Source: Nitrospirota bacterium (GTDB lineage: Bacteria; JACPQY01). From it: DNA of 59,011 nt. The notes beneath the pieces were generated by a model. That model did no database searches and had not been told where the DNA came from. It saw only the letters and a list, made by a program, of their open reading frames with translations. Position 1 is the stretch's first letter, and the number at the start of each line of letters is the position of its first letter. Both the position numbers and the translations under genes were made by a program. This document shows, piece by piece, positions 32,108 through 39,943 of the stretch. The stretch lies in the NCBI GenBank assembly GCA_016180645.1, contig JACPAV010000008.1, positions 62,001 through 121,011 of the forward strand, read 5' to 3'.

Positions 32108-32379
32108 TGCTGTTCCTCATCGAATATGATCGGAAGGCCGGCACCCTCGTCAAGCTGGTCCAATACTCGGATTCCGAGCGGAAGAAGGCCCAAGAGGAGC
32201 GCCTTCAAACCGAGCTCCGTTTGAACCGAGAGCATATTGAGCACGAGGTTGTGATCCTGGATGCGGCAAGCGAGGCGGCGATCCGGACGACACATCGGCG
32301 ATATTTCGAAGACATCCGCCAGATCGCCAGTTCACTCTCCAACGGCGGCCCCAAGGCAACCGCGCGCAATGCTATCTGA
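32107..32379 (+). CDS. Small protein translationally coupled to the RelA/SpoT-domain gene
   Basis: TGATG overlap; 90 aa MLFLIEYDR..EVVILDA.SE..THRRYF. Confidence 0.7.
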   Translation: MLFLIEYDRKAGTLVKLVQYSDSERKKAQEERLQTELRLNREHIEHEVVILDAASEAAIRTTHRRYFEDIRQIASSLSNGGPKATARNAI

Positions 32380-34471
32380 ACAGGACTTCGGATTTCCGGC
32401 GGGAGGAGACGGAGGCGGAGGCGGGGCGCATGAGTTCAACGAATCCCTGGAAATAGGGACACTCGCGCCGCTGGTTGTGCGGCATCCGTAGAAGCTCTTC
32501 CAACACTCCCGTTACGCGCCACGGCTGCCCCTTGTAGAGCTTGGGAGCCGCGAGGGCGTCGTAGATGTCGGCTGCGGCCACCATGAGTACGAGCGGATCC
32601 GTTTCCTCCTCCGATCCGCGGGTGGACTCAAACCGATAGAGACGTTGGAGCGCCGGCGCCAGGTGACCGAACTGGAGTTTCTCCAAAGCCTCGCTCGTCT
32701 TTGAGAGAAGCTCCCCCACCAACTCCCCGCGATGCCCGAAATGGAGATCCGGCTGGTTGAGCCGATCGGGCGACAACGCGTGTTTTCCCAAATCATGCAG
32801 CAGCGCGAGAAGCATGAGGTCCCCTTCCGGCACTTTCTCCGCTTCCTTCCGACCCTCCGCTCCGCTCCCGGCTCCGCCACCCGCAAGGAATCGCCGCAAG
32901 GCCACCGCCAGCGCGGCAACCGTCTCGTTGTGGAGAATGGCGCCGTCTCGCGCCTGGATGCTGAGAAAATCCACCATGCCTAGTTGCTGCTCTTTGATCC
33001 GACTCACCTCATCCATCATGGAAGAACACTCCTTCGCAAAGCGGCTGGTGGCGTCCACCCGGTTTGCATCTTGCCCCAGCGTTCGGACACCCGCCACGCG
33101 GAAGCAATCCATGGCCCCCTTCCCCTTGACCTGCTGGGCTCCCAGCGGTTCAATGGTGAAATACCGATCGATGAGTGGAACGGACTCTGCGGAAACGGTC
33201 ACCCCGCCCGCCGGGCACACTTTTTCCATCCGGCTGGCCACATTCACGGCATCGCCGAGGATGTCGTACAGGCTCTTGTTTGAAGGACCCAGGATCCCCG
33301 CGGTAATGGCGCCGGTGTTGATCCCAATCCGCATGTTGAGGGGGAACTGCTCGCGATGACCCGACTGGAGTGCAAGGGCGGCCAAGACGGCATCGATGGC
33401 GTGAGTGGGACTTCCAAAGGGGACACCGAAAATGGCCATGATCGAATCGCCGTTCGTCTTGTTCACATAGCCGCGGTAGCGCGCAATCGTGTCACCCGCG
33501 TGGCTGAAAAATCCATTGAGGCGGGAGAAGAGTTCGTCCGGCTCCATGCCCGATGAAAACTGCGTGAATCCCTCGAAGTCGGTAAAGAGAATCGTGGCCT
33601 TGAGTTTCCTCGGTTGAAGCTTGTCCTCGAGCAATTGCGGAATGACTTCCGGAGGGGCCATCCGGCCCAGAAGCTCCTCGCCCTTCTGCTTTTCCGTTCG
33701 CGCCGCATGGAGTGCGCCGGAGATCTCGCGGTTCGCCCCCTCCAACTCAGCCGTCCGCTCCCGAACCTTCTCCTCCAACTTCTCATTGAGACGCTTGAGC
33801 GACGCATTCGCCTGGTCCAGTTCAACCCGGCGTCGCTCTTCCGAGCGGTACATTCTAGCGTTGTCGATCGCCGCCGCGGCCTGGTTGCCCAGAATCGTGA
33901 GCAGCACTTCATCCAATTCATCGAAGGCGGCCATCTGCTCGCTTTCCACCGCCATCACGCCGATGAGGCGATCTTTCACCACCAACGGCATGGCGAGTTG
34001 GCTCTGCACCTTGGGAAGTCCCGGCAACGCCATCGTCGCAGTCGATGCGCCACTTCCGCCGGGGTTCATCTGCGCCCGGGCCGTGGACAGATAGGCCATC
34101 CCGGCCCCGATGTTCCCCATCCGCATCATCTTTCGCCGTTTGCCTACGACGCCTATCACACCCTGCCCCAACTTCACGCTGGCACCCGTCCCGTCCTTCT
34201 CATATCCGCGGCTCGCGGCTACTCGGAGGTCCTCCCCGGATTCCTCCGACAAGAGGATCATGGAGTGCTGAAATCCGAGGACCCTCCCCATCGAATGGAG
34301 AATAATCTCCAGCATGCGGTCCAGGTCGAGCGTGGAGTTCATCTCGGCGGAGATTTCCTGAATGATCCTGACCTGATCCGTCTTTCGCGAAAGATCACGG
34401 TTGAGATCCGCGATGATCTTTTCGTTCTGGAGGATTTGTTGGCGAACGTTCGGGACGGCGTCCTGGCTCAC
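32372..34471 (-). CDS. GAF - coiled coil - class III adenylate cyclase - HD-like domain protein
   Basis: GAF (G.GVIG.V..SQLAMPL..LIGV), VRERT.EL helix, FTDFEGFT, KTNGD, YDILGDAVNVASRME, then LLHDLGK..ADIYDAL..YK. Confidence 0.85.
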   Translation of the reverse strand: MSQDAVPNVRQQILQNEKIIADLNRDLSRKTDQVRIIQEISAEMNSTLDLDRMLEIILHSMGRVLGFQHSMILLSEESGEDLRVAASRGYEKDGTGASVKLGQGVIGVVGKRRKMMRMGNIGAGMAYLSTARAQMNPGGSGASTATMALPGLPKVQSQLAMPLVVKDRLIGVMAVESEQMAAFDELDEVLLTILGNQAAAAIDNARMYRSEERRRVELDQANASLKRLNEKLEEKVRERTAELEGANREISGALHAARTEKQKGEELLGRMAPPEVIPQLLEDKLQPRKLKATILFTDFEGFTQFSSGMEPDELFSRLNGFFSHAGDTIARYRGYVNKTNGDSIMAIFGVPFGSPTHAIDAVLAALALQSGHREQFPLNMRIGINTGAITAGILGPSNKSLYDILGDAVNVASRMEKVCPAGGVTVSAESVPLIDRYFTIEPLGAQQVKGKGAMDCFRVAGVRTLGQDANRVDATSRFAKECSSMMDEVSRIKEQQLGMVDFLSIQARDGAILHNETVAALAVALRRFLAGGGAGSGAEGRKEAEKVPEGDLMLLALLHDLGKHALSPDRLNQPDLHFGHRGELVGELLSKTSEALEKLQFGHLAPALQRLYRFESTRGSEEETDPLVLMVAAADIYDALAAPKLYKGQPWRVTGVLEELLRMPHNQRRECPYFQGFVELMRPASASVSSRRKSEVLFR

Positions 34472-34484
34472 GCGGCCCCCCCCA

Positions 34485-34913
34485 TCACGGCTTGATCTCG
34501 GAGGGAGGGATCCTTTCCTCGATGTTCTTGCGCACCGACAGAACCCGATAAATGTCCGCCGCCTTGAGCTTGAACACTCCGGACATGCCGGTCATGGAGG
34601 CGATGGCTTCGAGCTGCATGTCCATCGTATCGAACAGTTGGCCTTCGGTCTCCGAACGTTCAAATTGTATCTCCAAGTCCCACGTTTCGGCCGTGTTCGG
34701 GTCCGCGATCCACACGTAGGCATGGGGATTTTCCCTGATGTTCCGGCTCGTCTTGCTGAAAAACTGGAAAGAGAGGGCCACGTGATCAGGATCCACATAA
34801 TACACTTGCGAGACCACCGTGGTATTGGGGATCCCCTCCAACGAACACGTCACCAGATGGGCGGGAATCACGCCCTGCATGGCGGGTTTGATCTCGTCCG
34901 GCAGCAGGCCCAT
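34485..34913 (-). CDS. Pyridoxamine 5'-phosphate oxidase-like (FMN split-barrel) protein
   Basis: TCS.EG.PN..SQV.YVD..H.ALS.QFFSKT.RN.RENP. Confidence 0.75.
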   Translation of the reverse strand: MGLLPDEIKPAMQGVIPAHLVTCSLEGIPNTTVVSQVYYVDPDHVALSFQFFSKTSRNIRENPHAYVWIADPNTAETWDLEIQFERSETEGQLFDTMDMQLEAIASMTGMSGVFKLKAADIYRVLSVRKNIEERIPPSEIKP

Positions 34914-35383
34914 CAGGCCATCTTCTTTCCGGCCTCGGGGCCCGGGGTTTGGAGATAGATTTCCTTCACGATGACCGTGACGGCCAGCGAGGGCTTGTAG
35001 GCAAATCCCATGACGAGCGGTTTGATGATCGCCTCGGGATAACCGGCTTGGATCGACGTGGTCAGAAGTTTCGTCCGATAAATTTCCTGAATGGCCGCCT
35101 CTCCGGGTTCGGTGGGCCGGGATGTGGCGAACTCTCCCTTGAGTTGGTAGTTCTCGTTGTTCACGGGGGAGCCTACGCCGACGGCCACTTTTCCATTATG
35201 TTTGAGATTCTCCAACATCCTTCCGGACGTCTTATCGGGGATGAAAAGCGTGAGGGCCTTCCTATCCGCGGCCACAGTCATACCCATGGCCCACGTGTGA
35301 AGGGGTCGCAGCCTCTCGTCGCGCGTACCGACCCCGATGTAAACGGGGCCGTGCAGAAATTCAACCAACTTTTCGGGGATCAT
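34913..35383 (-). CDS. Pyridoxamine 5'-phosphate oxidase-like (FMN split-barrel) protein
   Basis: VGTRD..LRP, LENL.HNG.VAV, YQLKG, QTPGP.AG; 1-nt overlap with the next gene. Confidence 0.68.
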   Translation of the reverse strand: MIPEKLVEFLHGPVYIGVGTRDERLRPLHTWAMGMTVAADRKALTLFIPDKTSGRMLENLKHNGKVAVGVGSPVNNENYQLKGEFATSRPTEPGEAAIQEIYRTKLLTTSIQAGYPEAIIKPLVMGFAYKPSLAVTVIVKEIYLQTPGPEAGKKMA

Positions 35384-35507
35384 CGGAGGCCTTCGGTGCG
35401 GGAGTGTAGCGCCTCACCCGTGACCGATCAAGTCCCAATTGTACGCACCCCATGAAGTCGAGAGACAAAGCCTCACCACAGAAATCCCCTACGTAGAAAC
35501 GTGGCGA

Positions 35508-36260
35508 TTAGCTTTTATTTGGCTCATCTTCGCCGGGCTGCGCGGGCGCGCTATCAGTGCTCTTCGCTTTGCCAAGTTGCTCCCGCAGAGCCCGCACGGC
35601 GTCTGCCCGCGACTTCTTGTCGTCTGGCACGACGTATATCTCGTGCAACACCGCCTTCAACGTTTCCAAGAACAGGTGAAGGTGCTTGCTGTCCCATGCC
35701 ACCCAACTTTGTTCGTGAACGTGATCGCTGGTCATGTCTTTGACGTGGCCGAGGGTCTCAAAGAGTTCGGAGTCAACAGCCGGGTGTTTAGATCGCAAAT
35801 CTTTGATTCTGTCGTCGTAGTACTCGCCATCAGCCCCGTGGATCGCGAGCAGTTGGTAAATCGCTTTGCGTAGGCAAGCCGAGGCACCGGTGAGATAGTT
35901 CATCTTCGCGCAGCCCTCGGCTTCTGTCATGAGCTCCCGCAGTGCAGCTGGGATTCGACGGTCCACAACAAAGAAGGACGTTGGCACTGAGTAAAAGAAC
36001 GCTCTGTCGAGGTCTACATCCTCTCGAAAGTCAGGCCGGTCGGAGTATTCCGACTGAAGGTCTTTATAAGTAAGGTGCATTGAAACCTTCTCGCAGCTTG
36101 CGCATTGAACGCGCCACACGTCGCAGGTCTTTTGATTGGACCAGTTAAATTGCACACAGCCCAGATTCTTGTACTTGACGTGACGACGGTTGCAGAACGG
36201 GCAGTTATAGACGTCCGTCGTGATGAAGTATTTCGAATCGAGGTGTGATTGATCGTCCAT
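35508..36260 (-). CDS. Zn-ribbon plus DUF4145-like (HEPN-type) protein
   Basis: CPFC..CASC, then IP..LREL..EA..C....ASACLRKA and a C-terminal ..SDHVH; appears more AT-rich than its neighbours. Confidence 0.65.
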   Translation of the reverse strand: MDDQSHLDSKYFITTDVYNCPFCNRRHVKYKNLGCVQFNWSNQKTCDVWRVQCASCEKVSMHLTYKDLQSEYSDRPDFREDVDLDRAFFYSVPTSFFVVDRRIPAALRELMTEAEGCAKMNYLTGASACLRKAIYQLLAIHGADGEYYDDRIKDLRSKHPAVDSELFETLGHVKDMTSDHVHEQSWVAWDSKHLHLFLETLKAVLHEIYVVPDDKKSRADAVRALREQLGKAKSTDSAPAQPGEDEPNKS

Positions 36261-36275
36261 GCGGATTCGCCTTGG

Positions 36276-36343
36276 AGCCAGCGTTGTGGTTCAGCCGCGG
36301 CCGAGCCGAAGGCGGGGCCGTCGGCTGGAACCGCCGGCTAGTC
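36276..36343 (-). other. attC-like recombination hairpin with degenerate core sites
   Basis: Minus strand GACTAGC-cggc-GGTTC(C)AGCCG(A)CGGCC-loop-GGCCGCGGCTGAACC-acaac-GCTGGCT. Two unpaired bases match the attC pattern. Confidence 0.6.
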
Positions 36344-36554
36344 CGGACGCTCTCCGAGCGACCTCGACGAGCGAGTGGAGCGCCTTGTTTACGGCGGCGG
36401 AGTTCGGAAACACCGCCGAAACGTCATCGTCCAACACAACAACATTGGAACTCGCCTTCACGCGCCCCAAGTAGCGCCCGCGCTCCATTTGTGCGAAATC
36501 AGAGCGCTTATACTCCGGACGGAGATCATCTGAACCAGACTTACCTCTCTTCAT
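36291..36554 (-). CDS. BrnA-like antitoxin
   Basis: DDLRPEY..ERGRY..VVLDDDV..FPNS.AVN.AL; overlaps the brnT stop. Confidence 0.78.
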   Translation of the reverse strand: MKRGKSGSDDLRPEYKRSDFAQMERGRYLGRVKASSNVVVLDDDVSAVFPNSAAVNKALHSLVEVARRASGLAGGSSRRPRLRLGRG

Positions 36555-36813
36555 AAATCCGCCTTTCGCCTGGGGTTGCGATACGAGCGCTGATGATTCG
36601 AATGGCCTCACCACGCTCGATGTGAGCCACGACAAGGAGGCGACCCGCAGAAGACAACCCGAATGTTACCATTCGCTCTTCGTCAAGCGAATGGTCCGGA
36701 TCCGCACCTGTCGCCGCCAAGGGGTCGTAGAACACCGATGATGCCTCTTCAAACGACACCCGGTGCTTGCGAGCATTCTTCGCAGCCTTGGCCGGGCTCC
36801 ATTCGAAGTGCAT
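36541..36813 (-). CDS. brnT: BrnT-family toxin
   Basis: MHFEW..KA.KN.RKH.VSFEEA..EER..RIISAR.AT..ERR.YE. Confidence 0.9.
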   Translation of the reverse strand: MHFEWSPAKAAKNARKHRVSFEEASSVFYDPLAATGADPDHSLDEERMVTFGLSSAGRLLVVAHIERGEAIRIISARIATPGERRIYEER

Positions 36814-36860
36814 CCAGCGATTCTACGCATCCCCGCCGGAAAGGTCTAACGGAGCCGCGG

Positions 36861-37010
36861 CTACCAATTCTCGGGAGTGTGCTGGAGGCCGAGGTAGACG
36901 TAGCCAAGGATCCAGATGATGCCGGCCGCCCACATCAGCTTGATCCACAAAGGGATGCCGGTTTCCGCTGAATTCGGTTGTTCGTCCCGTTGACGATGAT
37001 CGTCGCCCAT
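36861..37010 (-). CDS. Small single-TM protein of the cbb3-like cluster, resembling an isolated CcoP N-terminal helix
   Basis: 49 aa, ETGIPLWIKLMW..IIWILGYVY; GGAGG RBS upstream. Confidence 0.55.
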   Translation of the reverse strand: MGDDHRQRDEQPNSAETGIPLWIKLMWAAGIIWILGYVYLGLQHTPENW

Positions 37011-37026
37011 GGATGACCTCCCGCCT

Positions 37027-37049
37027 CGCAGGCTGAAGCCTGCGGCTAC
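37027..37049 (-). repeat. Single GTAG REP hairpin overlapping a stop codon
   Basis: Minus strand GTAGCCGCAGGC-TTCA-GCCTGCG; its TAG is the stop of 37046-37306. Confidence 0.75.
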
Positions 37050-37306
37050 CGCTCCTCCGTGTCGATACCTTCGGCCTCGAGGACGCGCCGCTCCAGGCCG
37101 AGATGGCTCTTGAACGCGCCCGCCCTCGCATAGGCCCAAACGACCGCGCCCATTCCGAGCGCGAAAAAGCCGAAAAAAGCCAGGATGAAGAGCGCGGAAT
37201 CCCTTCCTCCCGCATCGCAAAACGGGCAGGCCAGTGCGGCTGCAGGCAGGATCAGCCCGCCGGCGCCACCGGCCAGGCGGACGAGGCCCAATGCGCCACG
37301 GTTCAC
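37046..37306 (-). CDS. Small membrane protein, CcoS-like accessory with a CxxC
   Basis: Signal-like helix, ACPFC, TM ending WAYARAGAF; overlaps the ccoO stop. Confidence 0.55.
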   Translation of the reverse strand: MNRGALGLVRLAGGAGGLILPAAALACPFCDAGGRDSALFILAFFGFFALGMGAVVWAYARAGAFKSHLGLERRVLEAEGIDTEER

Positions 37307-38556
37307 AACGCACCTCCGTAGAGCGTCGTTAGAAACGCCGCGATAGCCTTCCGGTCATCGGGTCCCAATGCAGGAAACGGCGCCATCGCTGAGCCCGACC
37401 GACCCTCTTGGAGAATCCGGTCGATGTGGGCGGGATCGAAAAGTCGGCGCATGAAGTCTTTCGGCCGCGGCGTCAGCGCCACGGCGGCCGGGCCGTCGCC
37501 CTTCCCCTCGAAACCGTGACACACGCCGCACTGGGAGATGAAAATGGCCTTCCCCTTCTCCGTGAGAGTCGGATCGGCGGCCGCGAGCGCCCTGTCCTTC
37601 GAGTCGACCCCGAAGGCGGACACGGCCTGCGCAATCGCCCACAGATCGCGCTCGGGAAGTTCGCGGAAGGAAGGCATGGCCGATCCCGGGATGCCGCCGT
37701 AGAAAAGCGTGTACACGTACTCGGGCTTCAGATAGCGCGCTCTCAGGTTCGATGCACTCGGGCGCAGAAAGGCGTTCGCCTGGCCGTTCCCATCCGCCAG
37801 CGCACCGTGACATCCGGCGCAATGTTCCTCGAACAGCATCTTGCCTCGATGCAAACTGGCCGGGTCCTCCGGGGGCGCACCGCTCACCGAAACCAACTGC
37901 GGATAGACCATGGCCTTCACCTGCTCCTCGAACGGCTTCCCCAGAACCTGGAGATACGCCACCAGATCCTTCGCTTCCTCCCTCGGCCTCGGCCCCGCCG
38001 ATGTTTCGTCGAAGAGAAACGCATACGGAGGCATGACCGAGAGAGGCACGACCGATCTTGGGTTATACAGGTGCGCGAAATGCCAGTCATCCGGTCGGCG
38101 GCCCGCCTCGCGACTCAGGTCCGGACCGATCCTGCGCGTGCCGAACAGATGGGGCACATCGTACATGCTTTCCCATGCTTGGCTGACCGGACCGTACCTG
38201 AAGGATTCACCGGACACAGGCCGGACGAACTGCGAGTGGCAATGCCAGCAGCCTTCCCGGATGTAGACGTGGCGACCCCGCCCCGCCGCATTGAGTTGGC
38301 CTTTGTCGTCCAGATAGGGATTCTTGAAACCTGCCGGCGGCTTTGAAACGTGCCGCAAGGTCGTCCACGGCGCCAGCCCCATCGCCACGATGGAGAAGAT
38401 GAAGAATCCGACGCCCGCGACGAGCAGGATGAACATCGGGCGCTCCGCCACTGGCGGTCCCCCTCTCGGGGGATCGGCGTCCTGCCTCACGCGCTCCCGC
38501 GGCTGTCCTGCCACAGGGCGTTCGGCGACGGGCCCTTTCTCCTCACCCACGGCCAT
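37303..38556 (-). CDS. ccoO: cbb3-type oxidase subunit II fused to two extra cytochrome c domains
   Basis: Y.REGCWHCHSQFVRP, GTRRIGPDL, HL.NPR...P.S.MP, plus CAGCH and CGVCH. Confidence 0.85.
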   Translation of the reverse strand: MAVGEEKGPVAERPVAGQPRERVRQDADPPRGGPPVAERPMFILLVAGVGFFIFSIVAMGLAPWTTLRHVSKPPAGFKNPYLDDKGQLNAAGRGRHVYIREGCWHCHSQFVRPVSGESFRYGPVSQAWESMYDVPHLFGTRRIGPDLSREAGRRPDDWHFAHLYNPRSVVPLSVMPPYAFLFDETSAGPRPREEAKDLVAYLQVLGKPFEEQVKAMVYPQLVSVSGAPPEDPASLHRGKMLFEEHCAGCHGALADGNGQANAFLRPSASNLRARYLKPEYVYTLFYGGIPGSAMPSFRELPERDLWAIAQAVSAFGVDSKDRALAAADPTLTEKGKAIFISQCGVCHGFEGKGDGPAAVALTPRPKDFMRRLFDPAHIDRILQEGRSGSAMAPFPALGPDDRKAIAAFLTTLYGGAL

Positions 38557-39937
38557 CCGCCTCCGGTTTCATTCGACTGCTCTTGATCAGGTTGATCGCC
38601 AGGAGCACCGTCGAGACGAAAAGCACAACGCCCGATACTGCGCGCGGCACCCAGAACGGCTCCGCGGCCTTGAGTGAATCGATGATCGAGAGGCCCCGCA
38701 TCCACGCGAATCCCTGCATGAGACCCGCGGCCGTATCCGGCACATAGTAGAGGAAGAAAAAGCCGATCAGGGCGAGCCAGAAATGCCATTCGGCCAGGGC
38801 ACGGGAGGCGATGGCCCGGCCGGTAATCCTGGGCCAGACGAAGTAGATGAACGCGAAAATCCACCAGGAGAAAACACCGAACAGCGCCAGATGGGCGTGC
38901 GCAACGATCCAATCCGTGAAATGGACGACCTTTTGAACGGACAACAGTGCGTGGAATGGCCCCTGCGTGCACGTCATGATGTAGGAGAAGATCCCGAACG
39001 TCAGGAAGCGTAGCGCGATGTCGTCCGCCAGCCGATTCCAGGAGCCCCGCATGGTCGCGAAGAAATTGTACACAACGGTATATACGACGAAGAGGAGCGC
39101 GCTCGTGAGGGGAACGGCCACCACCTGGAGCCACCATGGGATGGGGCTGTAAAAGTAGTGGTGGCTTCCACCGAGGGGATAGAGAAAGGCAAGCGTCCAA
39201 AATCCGAGGAGCGAGAGCTTGTGGCTCGCGATCGGTTTTCGCACAAGCACGGGCAGAAGGTAGTACGCGATCGCCGCTCCCATCGGCGTCACCCACATGC
39301 CCACGGCGTTGTGGATCCAGAGGCCGGAGAGCGCCGCGCCCGCCGCGCCGGGAGCCACGTGCGCCACGATCGTATTGGCCATCACGAAGTTCAGTGCCGT
39401 GAAGATAAACGCCATCACGATGTACCAGAGGGAGACGTACATCGATTTCACGCCTCCTTGGAGCACCGTTCCGACAGTGGAGAGAAGCGCCAAGACGAAC
39501 GAGGCGGCAAACAGCACGTCCGCCCACCACGGGGCCTCGGCATACTCGACGCCCTCGCCATACCCGGCCAGAAGACCGATGGCCCCGGCGGCCAGCGCCA
39601 CTTGCATGAACTTCCGATTGAATTGCGCAACCGGCTCGAGGAAAAGTCCTTTTCCCACCAGCTTCGGCACCGCGTAGAACGTGAAGGCCATGAATCCGTT
39701 GGACAACCAGCCGAAGATCACCGAGTGGGTGTGGAAGAACCGCAACCGACCGTAGTTCAGCCAAGGGACATTCCCCAGAAATTCCGCGGCGGCGGGGGAG
39801 GTGAGTCGATAGGCTTCCGTCAGTCCCGCCATCATTCCAAGAAGAAGCCAAACGAGCCCGGCAACGAGATGGAACTTTACCAGGCCGAGGGACACTTCCG
39901 TTCCGGCCTTCGCGGGCTCAGCGGACGGATTCGCCAT
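38543..39937 (-). CDS. ccoN: cbb3-type (C-family-like) heme-copper oxidase subunit I, divergent
   Basis: YGRLR..HT, EYAE, HNAVG, LY..GG.HH, HFTDW..AHAH; about 12 TM segments. Confidence 0.85.
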   Translation of the reverse strand: MANPSAEPAKAGTEVSLGLVKFHLVAGLVWLLLGMMAGLTEAYRLTSPAAAEFLGNVPWLNYGRLRFFHTHSVIFGWLSNGFMAFTFYAVPKLVGKGLFLEPVAQFNRKFMQVALAAGAIGLLAGYGEGVEYAEAPWWADVLFAASFVLALLSTVGTVLQGGVKSMYVSLWYIVMAFIFTALNFVMANTIVAHVAPGAAGAALSGLWIHNAVGMWVTPMGAAIAYYLLPVLVRKPIASHKLSLLGFWTLAFLYPLGGSHHYFYSPIPWWLQVVAVPLTSALLFVVYTVVYNFFATMRGSWNRLADDIALRFLTFGIFSYIMTCTQGPFHALLSVQKVVHFTDWIVAHAHLALFGVFSWWIFAFIYFVWPRITGRAIASRALAEWHFWLALIGFFFLYYVPDTAAGLMQGFAWMRGLSIIDSLKAAEPFWVPRAVSGVVLFVSTVLLAINLIKSSRMKPEADGRG

Positions 39938-39943
39938 GGTTAC

